Below, piece after piece: positions 20,472 through 33,070 of a DNA stretch of 64,000 nt. A program made the translations under genes and the position numbers. The notes below the pieces were generated by a model that worked only from the letters and a program-made list of their open reading frames with translations, had not been told where the DNA came from and did not search any database. This DNA is from Minutocellus sp. GHC0000111 (lineage: Eukaryota): positions 3,782,001 to 3,846,000 of the forward strand of contig OZ361260.1 in NCBI GenBank assembly GCA_977018835.1, in the 5' to 3' direction. Each line of letters starts with the position of its first letter. The first letter of the stretch is position 1.

Positions 20472-23400
20472 TCCGGCGGGCATGCTGCCAGCCGAGGTCT
20501 TCGCTCGGCGGGCGTCTCTACCAAGGCCGCCTTCTTCAACGATGTCGTCTCCAAGGCTCATCAAGAGCAGCGTGCTCTGGCGGGCACGTGCGACTTTGAG
20601 CAGACCCTGACCAAGCTCCAGCCCACCGACGACCCCTATTTTTCGTCCCGCCCGCTCGAATTTGGAGCAGGTCTTGTCATCGACGGTGATTGGATGGTGG
20701 CCGGCACTCAACAGAACTCTACCGGTCCCTACCAGGCCATCTTCATCTACAAGTGGGACGGGTCGCAGTGGGCCATGCATCAAAAGATCGAGTATCCCGC
20801 CAACAACCAGTCTGCGGGATATGGCATTCACTCCGACATCAGTGGCGACACGATCGTCGTAAGTGCCTACTGCGACAACGGCTCCGGAACTGGGGCCGGT
20901 GGCGCTGGTTCCGTCTTTGTCTATCGCCTCGATGCCACCGACAACGACACCTGGAAGCAGGAGCAGATCATTGCCAATGCTGGCAGTTTCAGCTGGTACG
21001 GCGAAAATTTGCGCGTTGATGGCGACACCCTCGTTATTCCAGCCCGCACCGAGGGTGGCAACACAGGAGCAGCTTACATTTACGACAGAGACTGCTCCTC
21101 GGGTACTTGCTTGTGGAGTCGGACTCAAAAGTTTACTGGGGAGAACTCTGTAGATGTATTCGGAGCTGGCGTTTTCTTGTCTGGAGACACCCTCTTCATC
21201 GGAGCACCACATGCAGATGGCAACGGCCTTACGGATTCCGGGAAAGTGTACTACTATACAAGAGCCCAGGCCGGAGGTCAGTGGACTCTCCAGCAGTCGT
21301 TCACTCCCTCCAGTGCAATGGCAGATGACAGGGCCGGACAAATTCTTGCTTTCGATGGAGAGACCCTTTTCGTTCCGAGTTGGAGTCGTACAGTTGATGG
21401 AGTTTGGGGGGTCGGTTATGGCTGGATCTACGAGCAAAACTCCAGCGGGGAGTGGGAGGTGACACAAGAACTTGAAAATCCCTCAGGAGCGGGTGGCATC
21501 TATTATGGCGCCTGGAGACCGTCCATTCGTGGCGATACCCTTGTGATTCCGTCCAGAGCCGGAATTGACGTATGGAAGAAGATCGATGGTAGCTGGGCTC
21601 TGCAAAAGGTAATCCCCAAAAGCGGTGAGGACTGTGAAGCCACAGCATTCCACGATGACTCCCTTGTCTTCTCTTGCGAGGCTACCGACGGAAGGAAGGG
21701 TTCCGTCTACTACCTCACTTGTCCCGATGCGTTCACGGCAGCTGCAGCTGATAGTACATCTGATGGTATGTTGTATTCATTTCCTTTCAATTCCATTATT
21801 CCTCTCATGTTTCTTTGGCATTCTTCTTACCCATAGTCTACCTCTCCCTTTTTGCCGCCATCACTCATCTCGTCTATTTATGACAGGCGATGGTAGTGCC
21901 AGTGCAGGCCCCATCTCGAACTACATCCCCTACCCTCAGCCCGATACTTGCGTTGAGGGCACCGACTATCGCGTCTTTACTGTCACCTCCACGTCGTCCG
22001 ACCACTTCGTCGAGGGATCATTGCCCTACTATATCTTCCTCGCCGGCACCCCTAGTAACCTGGGCGGTATTGCTCTCACCAGTGGATGTAAGCACGTCAT
22101 CAAGTTCAACATTCCCGAAAGCGAGCTCGATGCCAACGGCGTTGCCGAGATAAACCTTTATCGGTCAGCAAATCCAACTCAGAACTGGGTTCACAACGAC
22201 GCTGACCACGGTACCAACATCAACCTGAATACAGGCAATCAAGATTGGCTCTACGGTACTTGGGATGTTCGACTTGCGAACTCGATGGTCCTCAATGGAA
22301 CTTCCCAGCCCGGCTACGAATATCTTTCGCCCAAGGTTGTTCTTCGTGGAAAGGAAAACCTATATATAACCCCTACCGGTGAATGGGACAACACGGCCGT
22401 TTCTGTCATTCGAGGATTTTCTATCGTCGGTTTCCACGGTATTAAGAATTGGGTCACAGGTTCCGCCATCATTCAGGCCAATGTTTTTGGACTTCTTCCG
22501 GATGGAACTGAAGAACAAATTCTTGGGTACGGAGTAAACCTTCATAACACCAACGCCAATGAATTCACCATCATTGGCTCTGACGAGGACGGCATCAACG
22601 ACGACAAGGAGGGTAATGTATTTGCCAACACAAAGTACCATGGAATTTGGTGTGACAACGGCGATAACACCAAGGTTGTGGGCAATACTTTTGGCGTAAA
22701 CCCTGATTTGACCAAGTCGGCTCTCGCGGATTCTATGATGGGTTACCAGTTCATTGGTGGTGGATGGGGAAGCGAAAACAACGACTTCCGTGGCAATCTT
22801 TTCTATGGTACTTTCCCCGTCATCAATTTGAGTGGCCCACAAATGCTGTGGACCGAGGCAGATAGTACTGCCAACTACCTCATTACCGACACCGATGGCC
22901 CTGATCCGTGTTTTGGTGCCTGCGTGGGCGACTGCTTCGAGAGTGGGGCCACCTGTACCAGCGATGGTAGCACGGCCACTTGCTCCAGCCAAAAGGCTCT
23001 TGATTCAACGTGTGTTGCTGGCACCACTGAGGCCGGCGATCTCGCCGAAGGCAAATGTACTGCCGAGGGATCCTGCGTTGCCACCGGTGAAGTTCTTGTC
23101 GATCAGTGCGAAGGAGACAACAATGGCTGCTCCCAGACATGCAACAGTCCCGTCGGTACCTGCTCTTGTAATGCTGATTTCCTTTTAGAATCTGATGGCA
23201 AAACATGCTCCCCTACTGACAAGTGTTTGGTAGACCAAAACGGTTGCTCTCAGGTGTGCAACAGCCCCGACGGCACATGCTCTTGTAACGAGGGTTACTC
23301 TCTCGCCTCGGACGGCAAGAATTGCGTCGACGTTGATGAGTGCAGCACTGGCGCTGACAACTGTGATGCCAATGCTTCTTGCCAGAACACCGTAGGCGGC

Positions 23401-26400
23401 TTCACCTGCACATGCAATCCTGGATATGCTGGCCCCGGCACATCTTGCACGGTACGTTTCAATCATATTTCATTTTGGAGGGCTCCTTATCCAGCTCGTT
23501 GGTGCTTCATCCATACAAATACAACCTGCCCAAAACCTCACACCTATTTTTTACCTTTTCTAAACAACTCCCACCCAACGCCAGGACATTAACGAGTGCA
23601 CCGAAGGTACCCACAGCTGCGATACCAACGCTTCGTGCCAAAATGCACCTGCCGGTAGTCATTCGTGCACTTGTAATGAAGGCTACGAGGGTGACGGCAA
23701 CACTTGCGCCAACATCGATGAATGTGCCACAAACAACGGAGGTTGCGCTCATATCTGTACTGATACAGATGGTAGCTTTGAGTGCTCATGCCGAGCTGGT
23801 TACGCCCTCGACGACGATAACGCCAGTTGCTCTACCATTTATATTGGGGCAGAACAATCTCTCCCTGCGGCCGAGGCTGCAGCAGCCGAGGCCGCCGATA
23901 CCGTCACTACCTTCTTTTCGAGTAGATCGGCATACGAAGTTGCCTCCCACGACCTCGACGTTGCCACCACTCAGCTCGAAGACGCAACTACCGCCCATAC
24001 CGAGGCTCAGGCCAAGACCGCTGCCCTCACCAAGAAGTATGAGCAGGCCGTTGACTACGAGGCTACCATGAAGAAGGCGTTCGATGATGCTACGGCCCGT
24101 GCCAACGCCGACGATGCCACTGCTGCCGAGAGGTACCGCCTTCCCATCGAGGCTGAGATTGCCTACAACGAGGCCACTGCCGTCATGCTCGTGGCCAAGA
24201 AGGCCAAGGAAGCTGCCAAGTCCGAGGAGGAAGTTGCTGCTGAGATTTTGGCCGAAGCTACCGCCGCCAAGGCAGATGCCTCCACTGCCGAGGCTACGGC
24301 CAAGACAGCTCTTGATGCTGAGCTCACCAATGTCAACGCCAACCTTCTCATTCCCAAGATCAACCCTACCACTCTCGATTTCCCCTATGTTGATACGGAC
24401 GGTGATCTAATTCCCAACGACTTCGATGCCTGTCCTACTCAGATGGGTCTTCGTCGCAACACTGACGATCGCACCAGCTCCGACAATCCCGGCCCTCAAG
24501 ATTTTTGCCCCTCCGGTTGTCCCGAGACGGGTGCAGACGGCACTACCATCTTGTATTCGGACGGCGACGGCATTCCCGATTGCGAGGATCGCTGCCCTTT
24601 CGAGGCCGGTATCAAGTATAACCACCTCTGGACTTGGGATAAGTTCAATGCAAATGAGATTGACACGCTCGACGCCAACATGGCGTACCACGGCTGTCCC
24701 GACCGCGACGGTGACGGTATCCCCGACAAGTTCGATGCCTGTCCCACCCAGGCCGGTGGCAAGTGCTACTCCGGATGTCCCGACAAGGGCATTGATCCTG
24801 TCACCGACAAGGCCTACGACGGAGACATGGACGGTGTGTCGGATTGCGATGATCGTTGCCCTGGCTTCTACGGTCCTGGAAATAGCGGCGGCTGTCCCGA
24901 TGGTGACTTTGACGGCACCCCCGATTACCGTGATTACTGGTGAGTGCTGTTAGGATGTGGTGTCCTTGGTATCATTGTGTTCTTGTGTGGTATCTTGCTT
25001 ATCTACAAATTACGCAGCAAGGTATTCGCTCACAAATAAATTATTTTCTCGTCCTCGTCCTCTGCCATCTACTTCTCGCAGCCCCTCCAACCCTGGAGCC
25101 GCCTTCTTTGCCTATCAGCGCAAGCTCGAGGGCAATGCCCAGAAGTACATGAATATCCTCGGCTGTCCCGATACGGACAAGGATTTGGTCCCCGATCAGG
25201 CCGATCTCTGCGATGCCCCCACCTACCCCAACCAGGATGATTCTATCTACACCGGACTCACCCGTGTTGCTGTCGTCAATAACAAGGGGTGCCCACTCGA
25301 CAGCGACCAGGATGGTGTCTATGATGGAATCGACAACTGTGACGGCACCGTCCACAGTGTCAACCCTGTTCATGATCCTCGTGCCATTGTCTTTTCTCCT
25401 ACCGACGGATTCTCTGCCGCCAACGACGAGTCCAAGCTCGGCTGTCCCAAGGATACGGATAACGATGGCGTCGCCGATGGTATTGACCAATGCCCAACCG
25501 AAGGCGGTTACATTGGTCGTGATGGTTGTCCCATTGATTCCGACAATATGGTGTGAAGGATTGCGTTTCTACTCAGGCTCCTACTACCTATACCTGGCCC
25601 TTCCAGCCCACTGCCTGCCATTCCACTGAAGCCAAGCCCGACGCTGCCTGCTGTACCGTCGAGCAGGATATGTGTGCTGATACCGTCCGTGGTGCTACGG
25701 TGTATGCCGTAGAGTACACCCATCCCAAGCTTGATGCTCCAGTTGATCCAGGTTGCTCCTTTGACATCGACAAGGACGGCGTTGATCTTTGTCCTTACAC
25801 GACGGAGACGGAGATTGCTTTGGCCGAGTCCAATCCCAACAAGGTTTCCATCGACGACAAGGGATGTGCCACCATGTCGGCTCCGATGTGGGAGTCGACC
25901 TTCGTGGATGTTACCACCGGTTCGGAGGGTGCCAACCCCAAAGTCGAGTTGCTCTTCACCGTCGATGCTCTCCTCCCCCAGCTTGCTACCACCCGTGGTT
26001 ACAATGTCGCCAACGAGTTGGTTGCCGTCAAGGTAATGGATGCCTCGTGTACCAATACTTTTGATGACGAGACCGATGCCGGCGACAAGCTCCTTCCTGC
26101 TACCGTCGCTGTCAACGACAAGGGTCTGTTCACCGGCGAGACTCCCACTGGTTCCATTCCCATCACCATCGACGTCAATCTCAACCCTGACAATGTCGTC
26201 GGATCGGAAGTTTGGACTACCGAGCCTCCTTTCGACGTTGGTAGCGTTGATTTCTGCCTCGGATTTGCCGTTCTTTCCGATACGAAGAGTGAGTTTGCTT
26301 TCTTTAATATGTTTGCGTATTATCCTTACTGCAACCTTGTTCGTTCTACTGACCCCGGTTTGACCCCTTGTCTTTATTCCTCTCGTCTATCAATCATCGC

Positions 26401-27337
26401 CACAGAATCTGTCACTTACAAGGAGCTCAAGACGACCATCCTCATCGACATGACTCAGGATTTCGCCGTCACTGACATCAGTGTCGAGCGTAACGAGGCC
26501 GAGGAGACCACCAAACTCATCGACATCGAATACCCTCTCGCCGCTTGTCAGTGCACCACCGACAATACGTGCGTGGAGGATTCCGACCTCGATGATTCCT
26601 TCCTTTCCCAGAGTGACTCCCTCAAGCTTTGCGTTCGCTTTGCTCCCGATGCCGACAACAACGACGTTCTCCCCCCTGACTACGTCCAGATGACCGACGT
26701 CAAGTCCTTCACCTGCAACCAGGGTGGTCTTTCCATCTCGCCCATCGTCAACTTTGAGCGTCAGGGCGATGGAGGTCAGCTTACCTCGGTCGAGACGGTC
26801 AACAAGGAGCTCGGCAACGGCAAGAGCTACACCGAGGACGACCGTATGCTCATTGTCAACACCCGCCTTCCTGCTACCTTCTTCGGTGCCGAGGAGCGTC
26901 CTGTAGACTGCGTCGGCACCATCGTGTACGAGTTTGCTGCTGGAAGTGTCATCGATCCTGACCTCGTTGGTACCGGCCGCCAGCGTCTTTTGTCCGAGAC
27001 TTCGGCGCCCCTCACCTCTGGTCAGTCCAACCGCCGTGATGCCGAGGCGGCTCCCGAGGCGGAGGCCGAGTCGGAGTTCTCCGTCGAGGTCATGCTCGCC
27101 AAGGCCGCCGGAGGACGTAGCCTTGGCGTCATTGTCGGCGCTGCCGTCGCCTCGGCCCTTGTGGTTGTATCGGGCGCTGCCGTTACTACCATGGCCATTC
27201 GTCGTGGTGGCTCCAGTGGTGTGCCCAAGATGAGCAGCCGTCAGGGTTCAGCAGCCCAAGAGGCGTGGGCCGAGACTGCAGCCAGCACTCAGGAGGAGGG
27301 CCGTGCCTTCACCATTGCCAATGGTGCAGTGGCCTAA
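20472..27337 (+). CDS. Large mosaic cell-surface protein: FG-GAP beta-propeller, beta-helix-like region, EGF/EGF-Ca repeats, Ala-rich coiled coil, TSP3-like DxDxDGxxDxxDxCP repeats, C-terminal TM
   Basis: Predicted introns at 21766-21886, 23452-23584, 24940-25081 and 26289-26405. Motifs include YGIHSDISGDTIVVSAY, DVDECSTGADNCDANASCQNTVGGFTCTC and DRDGDGIPDKFDACP; TM is LGVIVGAAVASALVVV. One-base frameshift at ~25547. First exon not identified; a probable acceptor ends at 20471. Confidence 0.75.
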
Positions 27338-27975
27338 GTTCAGGTCAAGTCAGCCACCTGACCTTCCTCTACGTAGAAATAGTTCAGAATTGAACATCAT
27401 ATATATGTTTGACGATAAGACAAGTAAAGCAAAGTAAATGTTCATTTCTATCTTTGTACATGCATACTCCTAGCTAGTTTTTTTAGTACGCTTCATCTTG
27501 CATGGTGTCTGTGGCATACAATCATGTCTACCGTTTCATGAGTCGAGTCAATTCTTCGAAGCCCCACATCTACTCACCGCACGAATGATTCTTATGTATG
27601 TGGATCACTACCGTAACAATTACTGTGACAATTCTGTCCCGCAGCGTGGAAGAAAGAATGGTACAGAACGGTCTCTTTCTGCCGCTCTGTCAGTTCAAAT
27701 CACAGCCCACGCTCGATACTTTGTCCATGAGACTGATAGAACCGAAATATTAAACAGAGTGCGGTGCACGGCCGTTGGTCACAGCGCCCTTACTCATTAC
27801 TTAGAGGCACGGTCGTTGTAGCAACTGCATCGAATTCCACGGTTTGAGATGCTTGTTGGTGCAGAGAAGGTCAACCACACTTGCATCGTTGAAGTTCATC
27901 TCATCACTTTACAATACAACTGTTCATTCACCACGGCAGTGGAATACTGATCATTCTCTAACCGTCTCATCAAAC

Positions 27976-28708
27976 ATGAAGCAGGCATCCATCCTCGTTC
28001 TTGCCCTCGTGGTCGTCAGCTCCAGAGCTGTGGAGCGCAAGCGCGTCCTCCGTGCTCCAATTCACAGCCCGGCTGATTCCAACCTCGATGAGTTCAAATC
28101 CATGTTCGATGCAGAAGGTGCCGCGGCTGAGGCCATGGAGGCCTTTGGTCGGTACGTTGTTGTATGTTTGCAGGAATTGAGAAAAGCAAAAGGGACGATA
28201 CTTCGAATAAAACTTAATGTACACTATTCCGAATGGGCTACAACTATATAATCTCACTCCATCTGATGCCATTGTTCTGGTACATTCCTTTTTATGCAGC
28301 TTTCTTCAGTCCTCGGCCAGCGGCGCTTCACTGCCCCCTGCCGTCACTGAGCCCCCCACGGTCGTGCCGAAGACGGCCAATACCATTACGGCTGCCCCTA
28401 CCGCAACCCCTATTACTGCCATGCCGACGGGATTTCCCACGCCAGCTCCCCAAGCTCCCACAGACGCTCCCACGGAGTCCTCTGCGAACGTGGCCCCTCT
28501 CACCGAGCCCGACGGTGGAACGAATGAGCCGGACAATGTGGTCGTGGAGACCACCGCCAGCGGAGGCGGCGTTGCCATTCCTCTTCTGTCCGTCCTTGGA
28601 GTCGTTGGTATCGCCTCGTTGGTTGTCGCGAGACGATCGTACCTTGCGAACGCCAATTCTGATGCGGACTCTGAATCATCGGACAGCCAGGAGTCATCGC
28701 AGACTTGA
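27976..28708 (+). CDS. Small secreted or membrane-anchored Pro/Thr-rich protein
   Basis: Signal peptide MKQASILVLALVVVSS, a predicted intron at ~28151-28299, a PT-rich stalk and a C-terminal TM, VAIPLLSVLGVVGIASLVVA. Confidence 0.65.
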
Positions 28709-29023
28709 GATTGTTTATTTCTATAAAGTCGATGAAGGAATACGTTCCAACGTTATCAAAGATTGAAGTTGGAAGGTCGTGCACGGTCTATACTACTGGC
28801 TGTTGCATCGCCTTCCGAATTTTCACTTTACCAAATAAAAGTAAGAGAAATGATTCAGATTACCGTAGACGAAAGTAGATCTGCCAAGGGCCGACTTTGA
28901 TCTGCATTAGGCAACGACTATCGCAATAGCTCGTCGCACAGACGGTGCCATTTCACTCACAATAATAACCCCAAGCTACGCAGCTACGTAGGCCTAGCTA
29001 GAGCTCGCACGGAAGAGGATTGT

Positions 29024-32000
29024 TCACTGGTAGCTCATGGCACTTTGGATCGCTCCCATTGTTAGCCGACTAACAGGTTTCGTAGACGCAGGCGATGTCA
29101 TAATGGAGTGGAGAGTAGCAAGCTGCTCTATCGTCATTTCTTGCCTCCGGCTCATAATATGGCTCATCATCTTGAACAATCTAAGCACCAGCAAAGGATT
29201 TGTTCGCTCAAGCTCCTGGACAGATGAGAAGGGCAAATGATGAAGCCGACAGTCTGTAACGGCGACATGTACTCCAGGATTCCTAAGTCCACTTGCACCC
29301 TCAATCGCTCCGATAATCCAACCCGGCCCTATTCGAGCCAAACGGAAGGTGTGAGAAGTTCTTGAGCGAAAACCAGTGGTTGCCTTGAGTATAGCTGCCT
29401 CTCTACCAATTGTCGCTGATCGGGCATTGAGATGACTGATAGATCCGCCCTCGCCTGCCACGCGTTGGCAGGCAATTCCAGGACCAATCTTTCGGCGGAG
29501 GGAGGATTTGCTACCGCGAGTCATGGTGTAAGTTGGGTCTCGCTCTACCTTCATGTATCCACTTTCAATGAAGAACACCCCGCGGTCCTCCTCCTCGTCA
29601 AATTCACTGTCATCCCCAAAGAGTGTTTCACCGGGCTCTAGCTCGATCGGCTTGGTGAATTTCTGAAGAGCCTCAAGATCTTCAGCGAAGGCCACGCCGT
29701 GTTGCTCATCAATCTGACGAAGGGCAAAGCGGAATCCATCATCGTCAACACTCATTAAGCGCTGCCTTGTTCGCTCTCCGACCTGCATCTTACTCTTTTC
29801 CTCCTTCTTGAAGGTGTGACGCACCAAGGCATCTTCTGCCTTGCCGAGAGCAGCCTCAATATCGGGAAGAAATCTCAAGCCTCGTGTAGGTTTGACCCCG
29901 GCCGCTGCGAATGTTGCCCTGAGATTACTCGACAGGCCGGTCATTAAAATATCACAACCATTAGACTTGCAAAGTGAAATAATATCTGAGAAGACATCGA
30001 CAGCACTTGTGTCAATGCCAGTGACAATGGTAAAGTCGATAAGAAGATACTTGGGTATTGGTGGGAGATCAAATTCAACATTCTCATCACGTACATCCTC
30101 GAACATGGTCTGCACATACTGATCGACCGAAGTCGCATTGCCAAAGAAGAGATAGTTTTGAAGCACAAGTATCTGTATCAAGTCGCCATTCTGATCCAAG
30201 AAATCAGCAACATCCTCACCGCGTTCTATTGTTGATCGAACTGTGAGAGAATTTGCTAGGAATTTGACTACTCCTGATTGATTCATGCGTCCCACGAAGA
30301 TGAACGTTGAAAGAGCAACACCGACGGCCACGGCCATGAGCTGGCCAAGTAAAAATGAGAACACAACAATTACTGGGCACACGACCCATTCCCACACGCT
30401 TCTTGTTTTCTTGAAACTGTCGATAAACCAATCGATTATCATGTCAAGGGAACACATTATAAGCAGGCAGGTAAAGGCTGGTTTCGGAATGTATCGCAAA
30501 AGAGCAAAATTGCTAATGTAAAAACCAAAGAGAAGGAGGGAGCCGCCATGTTGCGGTGCGATCCCCCCTGCTCCAAGTTTGAACAGCATTGCCCCAACGG
30601 CGACTCCAGGCAGGACACCAGCACCACCGATAACCCCACCGATTGCAAGGCAAATCCCATACCAAAGAAGGATGACCGTCATCCCCGTCGGCGGCTTCAC
30701 ATTGCTTTCATTCGACTTGTCATCATTGAGAGGCTCAAAAGCCGCATCAGAGACACTTCGCTCTCTCCTCTGTATTGCCGATGGCGGTGCCGGAAGTGTA
30801 GGGGGCTCACTACTCTTTGCCCGAATCATTGATGTGGTGCTCTTCCTCAACGCCGCCGCGTGCAGCGAACAGCGGAGTAAGTAGATGGCAGCCATCCCCA
30901 ACGCATGCGGTAATGCCGAGACCAAAGCTTGAAAATTAATTGTCCCACAAAAGAGCGCCGGTAGAATCCCAAAGGGAGCGGGAGGAGCCCACGAAACAAA
31001 GCCTACTTGCGCATTTTGCTTCTCGTAGATGAAATCATCCCGCGAATAAAACCAACCTTCCGCAACCGCCTCCTCAAAGGTAGTTCCTGTTGAATACATG
31101 ATCACATATCCTGCACCTATTGTAAATTGCACCGCCAGGGGCGTCAATGGTGGGAAAATCTGTCCAAAGAAGCGCATGCATACTCCAACCACAACGCCAG
31201 GGATGTGATGGACAAGCGCCTTCTTGAAAAGAGCCCCGTCTCCACTGAAGAGCACTACATCCCAGGTATGTCCGGTATCTACCGCAATGGCAAGCATCCA
31301 AAGTGTTAGTCCAACATAACTGAAGAAGCCGCATATGACGGAATAGGGGAGAAACGAGCCAAGGTTGGCTAGCTTGAACTTGCTGGCGGCGACGTTGGCC
31401 AGGGCCGTGGTCAGTAGTCCGACGGCATTCAACACAAAAAAAGTAGCTAGGAACGTTTCAATGTCATCCCCCAGACCTTGCTGCCGAAGGGATGTATGGA
31501 CCGAGTTGGATATCTGCGTCATGAACGGTGCCAAGAACAAATCGACGCAGGGATACAGCGACGGTAGGTCGGTGCTGAGAAAGTACACAAAGATGGGAAC
31601 CTGACAGATGGCACCGAGGGCACAAGCCTTCATCATGGGTCCAAGCACCGATGCCTTGGCGCCATACCTGGCCCCGGCCACGGCGGACGATTCCGCCAAA
31701 CAAAAGACAATCTGAAACAACACGAACGTGAAGGATCCGATTACGAACGACGACACATCTCTGGCGCTGCAGCTGCACAATCGATCGGACCACGATTTGG
31801 TCTGCCGTTGCCATTTGGTCACCACGGAACTGCTGGCGTGTCTCAGATATCGTGCCGCGGCGCCCGCTCTCATGTTGTCCATCATCGATCTCGATCGTTG
31901 ATAGGCGGAAGACCGGTCGGTGGCGGACACTTGAACTTTCTTGGTGGGGAGAGTCCGATGCGAACTGGTGGAATCGTCCAGCTGCTGCCGCGAGGTGGCA

Positions 32001-32887
32001 GTATTGGTGGAATGAACGGATGGCGACGGCGACGGCGGCGGACGGAACATATCGTGCAACGTCCTCATGTCGGTGGAGGGGGACATGAGATCACCGTATC
32101 GTTGTTGTGCCCATTCATTGCTATTATTTGTGTTGCTTTGTGTGTTGTGGGGAAGCAGAGCTTGTCTCTCGTGTGCAGCAGGTCGATCGTCGTCCACATT
32201 CGTACTGCTGGTACTGCTGGTGTTGCACGATTTTTCGGTCCTCTGTCGCTGCAGCTGACCAGATGCAGATGGCAACGCGACTCTTTCCTCATTGGTACCA
32301 AAGTTGGGCTTGCCACCTCCATCAATTGCTGGCGCTGCTGCTGCTGGCGGTGGAGCGAACATGCCGACCAGACCTGCCGCTCCGGGCGGTACTTCCATCG
32401 GCGGTGCATGCGCCTGCTGGTCTGACGATGGATCCACCCTCCTCCTCCTTGACGGCTTTGGCGGCAATCTTATTGGAGCTGCCGCCGCTGCTGCGTCACC
32501 ACTATCTCGCTCGTCAGCGTTGTCCCCATCTGCTGCTGCACCCGCCAGAGGAGGGGAGAACAGCCCCAGTAGATTCTCGGCACCGGCCGGAACCGTCACC
32601 TTGGGCCTGCCATCATTAATGGCACCATCACCCGCAGCATGATGAATGTTTCGATGCTTGGGCGTCTTGGTGATGGAATCGCTCCGCCGATGTTGATGTT
32701 GGGCCGGTCGCGATGATTGCTGACGAGACGCCGCTGCTGCTGCCGCCGCCGAGGAGGAGGATGACGATGGCCGATCGGGCGACGACGATGCCGATGCGCT
32801 GGAGTTGGTCTGCTCCTGGCGTTCGTCCTCATGGCTCATGGTGCCTTGCCGTTTGCGTAACTGAACTTCATCAGCAAACTTCCTCAT
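29024..32887 (-). CDS. SulP/SLC26-family transporter with STAS and cNMP-binding domains
   Basis: 1287-aa ORF with many TM segments (LGSFLPYSVICGFF). STAS motifs LQNYLFFGNA and LIDFTIVTGIDTSA. cNMP-like VFFIESGYMKV...IGPGWIIG. Confidence 0.85.
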   Translation of the reverse strand: MRKFADEVQLRKRQGTMSHEDERQEQTNSSASASSSPDRPSSSSSSAAAAAAASRQQSSRPAQHQHRRSDSITKTPKHRNIHHAAGDGAINDGRPKVTVPAGAENLLGLFSPPLAGAAADGDNADERDSGDAAAAAAPIRLPPKPSRRRRVDPSSDQQAHAPPMEVPPGAAGLVGMFAPPPAAAAPAIDGGGKPNFGTNEERVALPSASGQLQRQRTEKSCNTSSTSSTNVDDDRPAAHERQALLPHNTQSNTNNSNEWAQQRYGDLMSPSTDMRTLHDMFRPPPSPSPSVHSTNTATSRQQLDDSTSSHRTLPTKKVQVSATDRSSAYQRSRSMMDNMRAGAAARYLRHASSSVVTKWQRQTKSWSDRLCSCSARDVSSFVIGSFTFVLFQIVFCLAESSAVAGARYGAKASVLGPMMKACALGAICQVPIFVYFLSTDLPSLYPCVDLFLAPFMTQISNSVHTSLRQQGLGDDIETFLATFFVLNAVGLLTTALANVAASKFKLANLGSFLPYSVICGFFSYVGLTLWMLAIAVDTGHTWDVVLFSGDGALFKKALVHHIPGVVVGVCMRFFGQIFPPLTPLAVQFTIGAGYVIMYSTGTTFEEAVAEGWFYSRDDFIYEKQNAQVGFVSWAPPAPFGILPALFCGTINFQALVSALPHALGMAAIYLLRCSLHAAALRKSTTSMIRAKSSEPPTLPAPPSAIQRRERSVSDAAFEPLNDDKSNESNVKPPTGMTVILLWYGICLAIGGVIGGAGVLPGVAVGAMLFKLGAGGIAPQHGGSLLLFGFYISNFALLRYIPKPAFTCLLIMCSLDMIIDWFIDSFKKTRSVWEWVVCPVIVVFSFLLGQLMAVAVGVALSTFIFVGRMNQSGVVKFLANSLTVRSTIERGEDVADFLDQNGDLIQILVLQNYLFFGNATSVDQYVQTMFEDVRDENVEFDLPPIPKYLLIDFTIVTGIDTSAVDVFSDIISLCKSNGCDILMTGLSSNLRATFAAAGVKPTRGLRFLPDIEAALGKAEDALVRHTFKKEEKSKMQVGERTRQRLMSVDDDGFRFALRQIDEQHGVAFAEDLEALQKFTKPIELEPGETLFGDDSEFDEEEDRGVFFIESGYMKVERDPTYTMTRGSKSSLRRKIGPGIACQRVAGEGGSISHLNARSATIGREAAILKATTGFRSRTSHTFRLARIGPGWIIGAIEGASGLRNPGVHVAVTDCRLHHLPFSSVQELERTNPLLVLRLFKMMSHIMSRRQEMTIEQLATLHSIMTSPASTKPVSRLTMGAIQSAMSYQ

Positions 32888-33070
32888 TCGCCCTCATCTT
32901 TCGATTGACTTGACTTCTTTCGATCGATTTTCGTTTGCGCAGTCATCATGACGTCATTCAGAAGTATTTTCCAACGGGGTACTTCGGCTGGGCCGAGAAG
33001 ACCGATGCCGAGGCGTGATGAAGAGCCACAATGACGACGCGACCGGCCCCGACTGACTTGCAACGCAACC

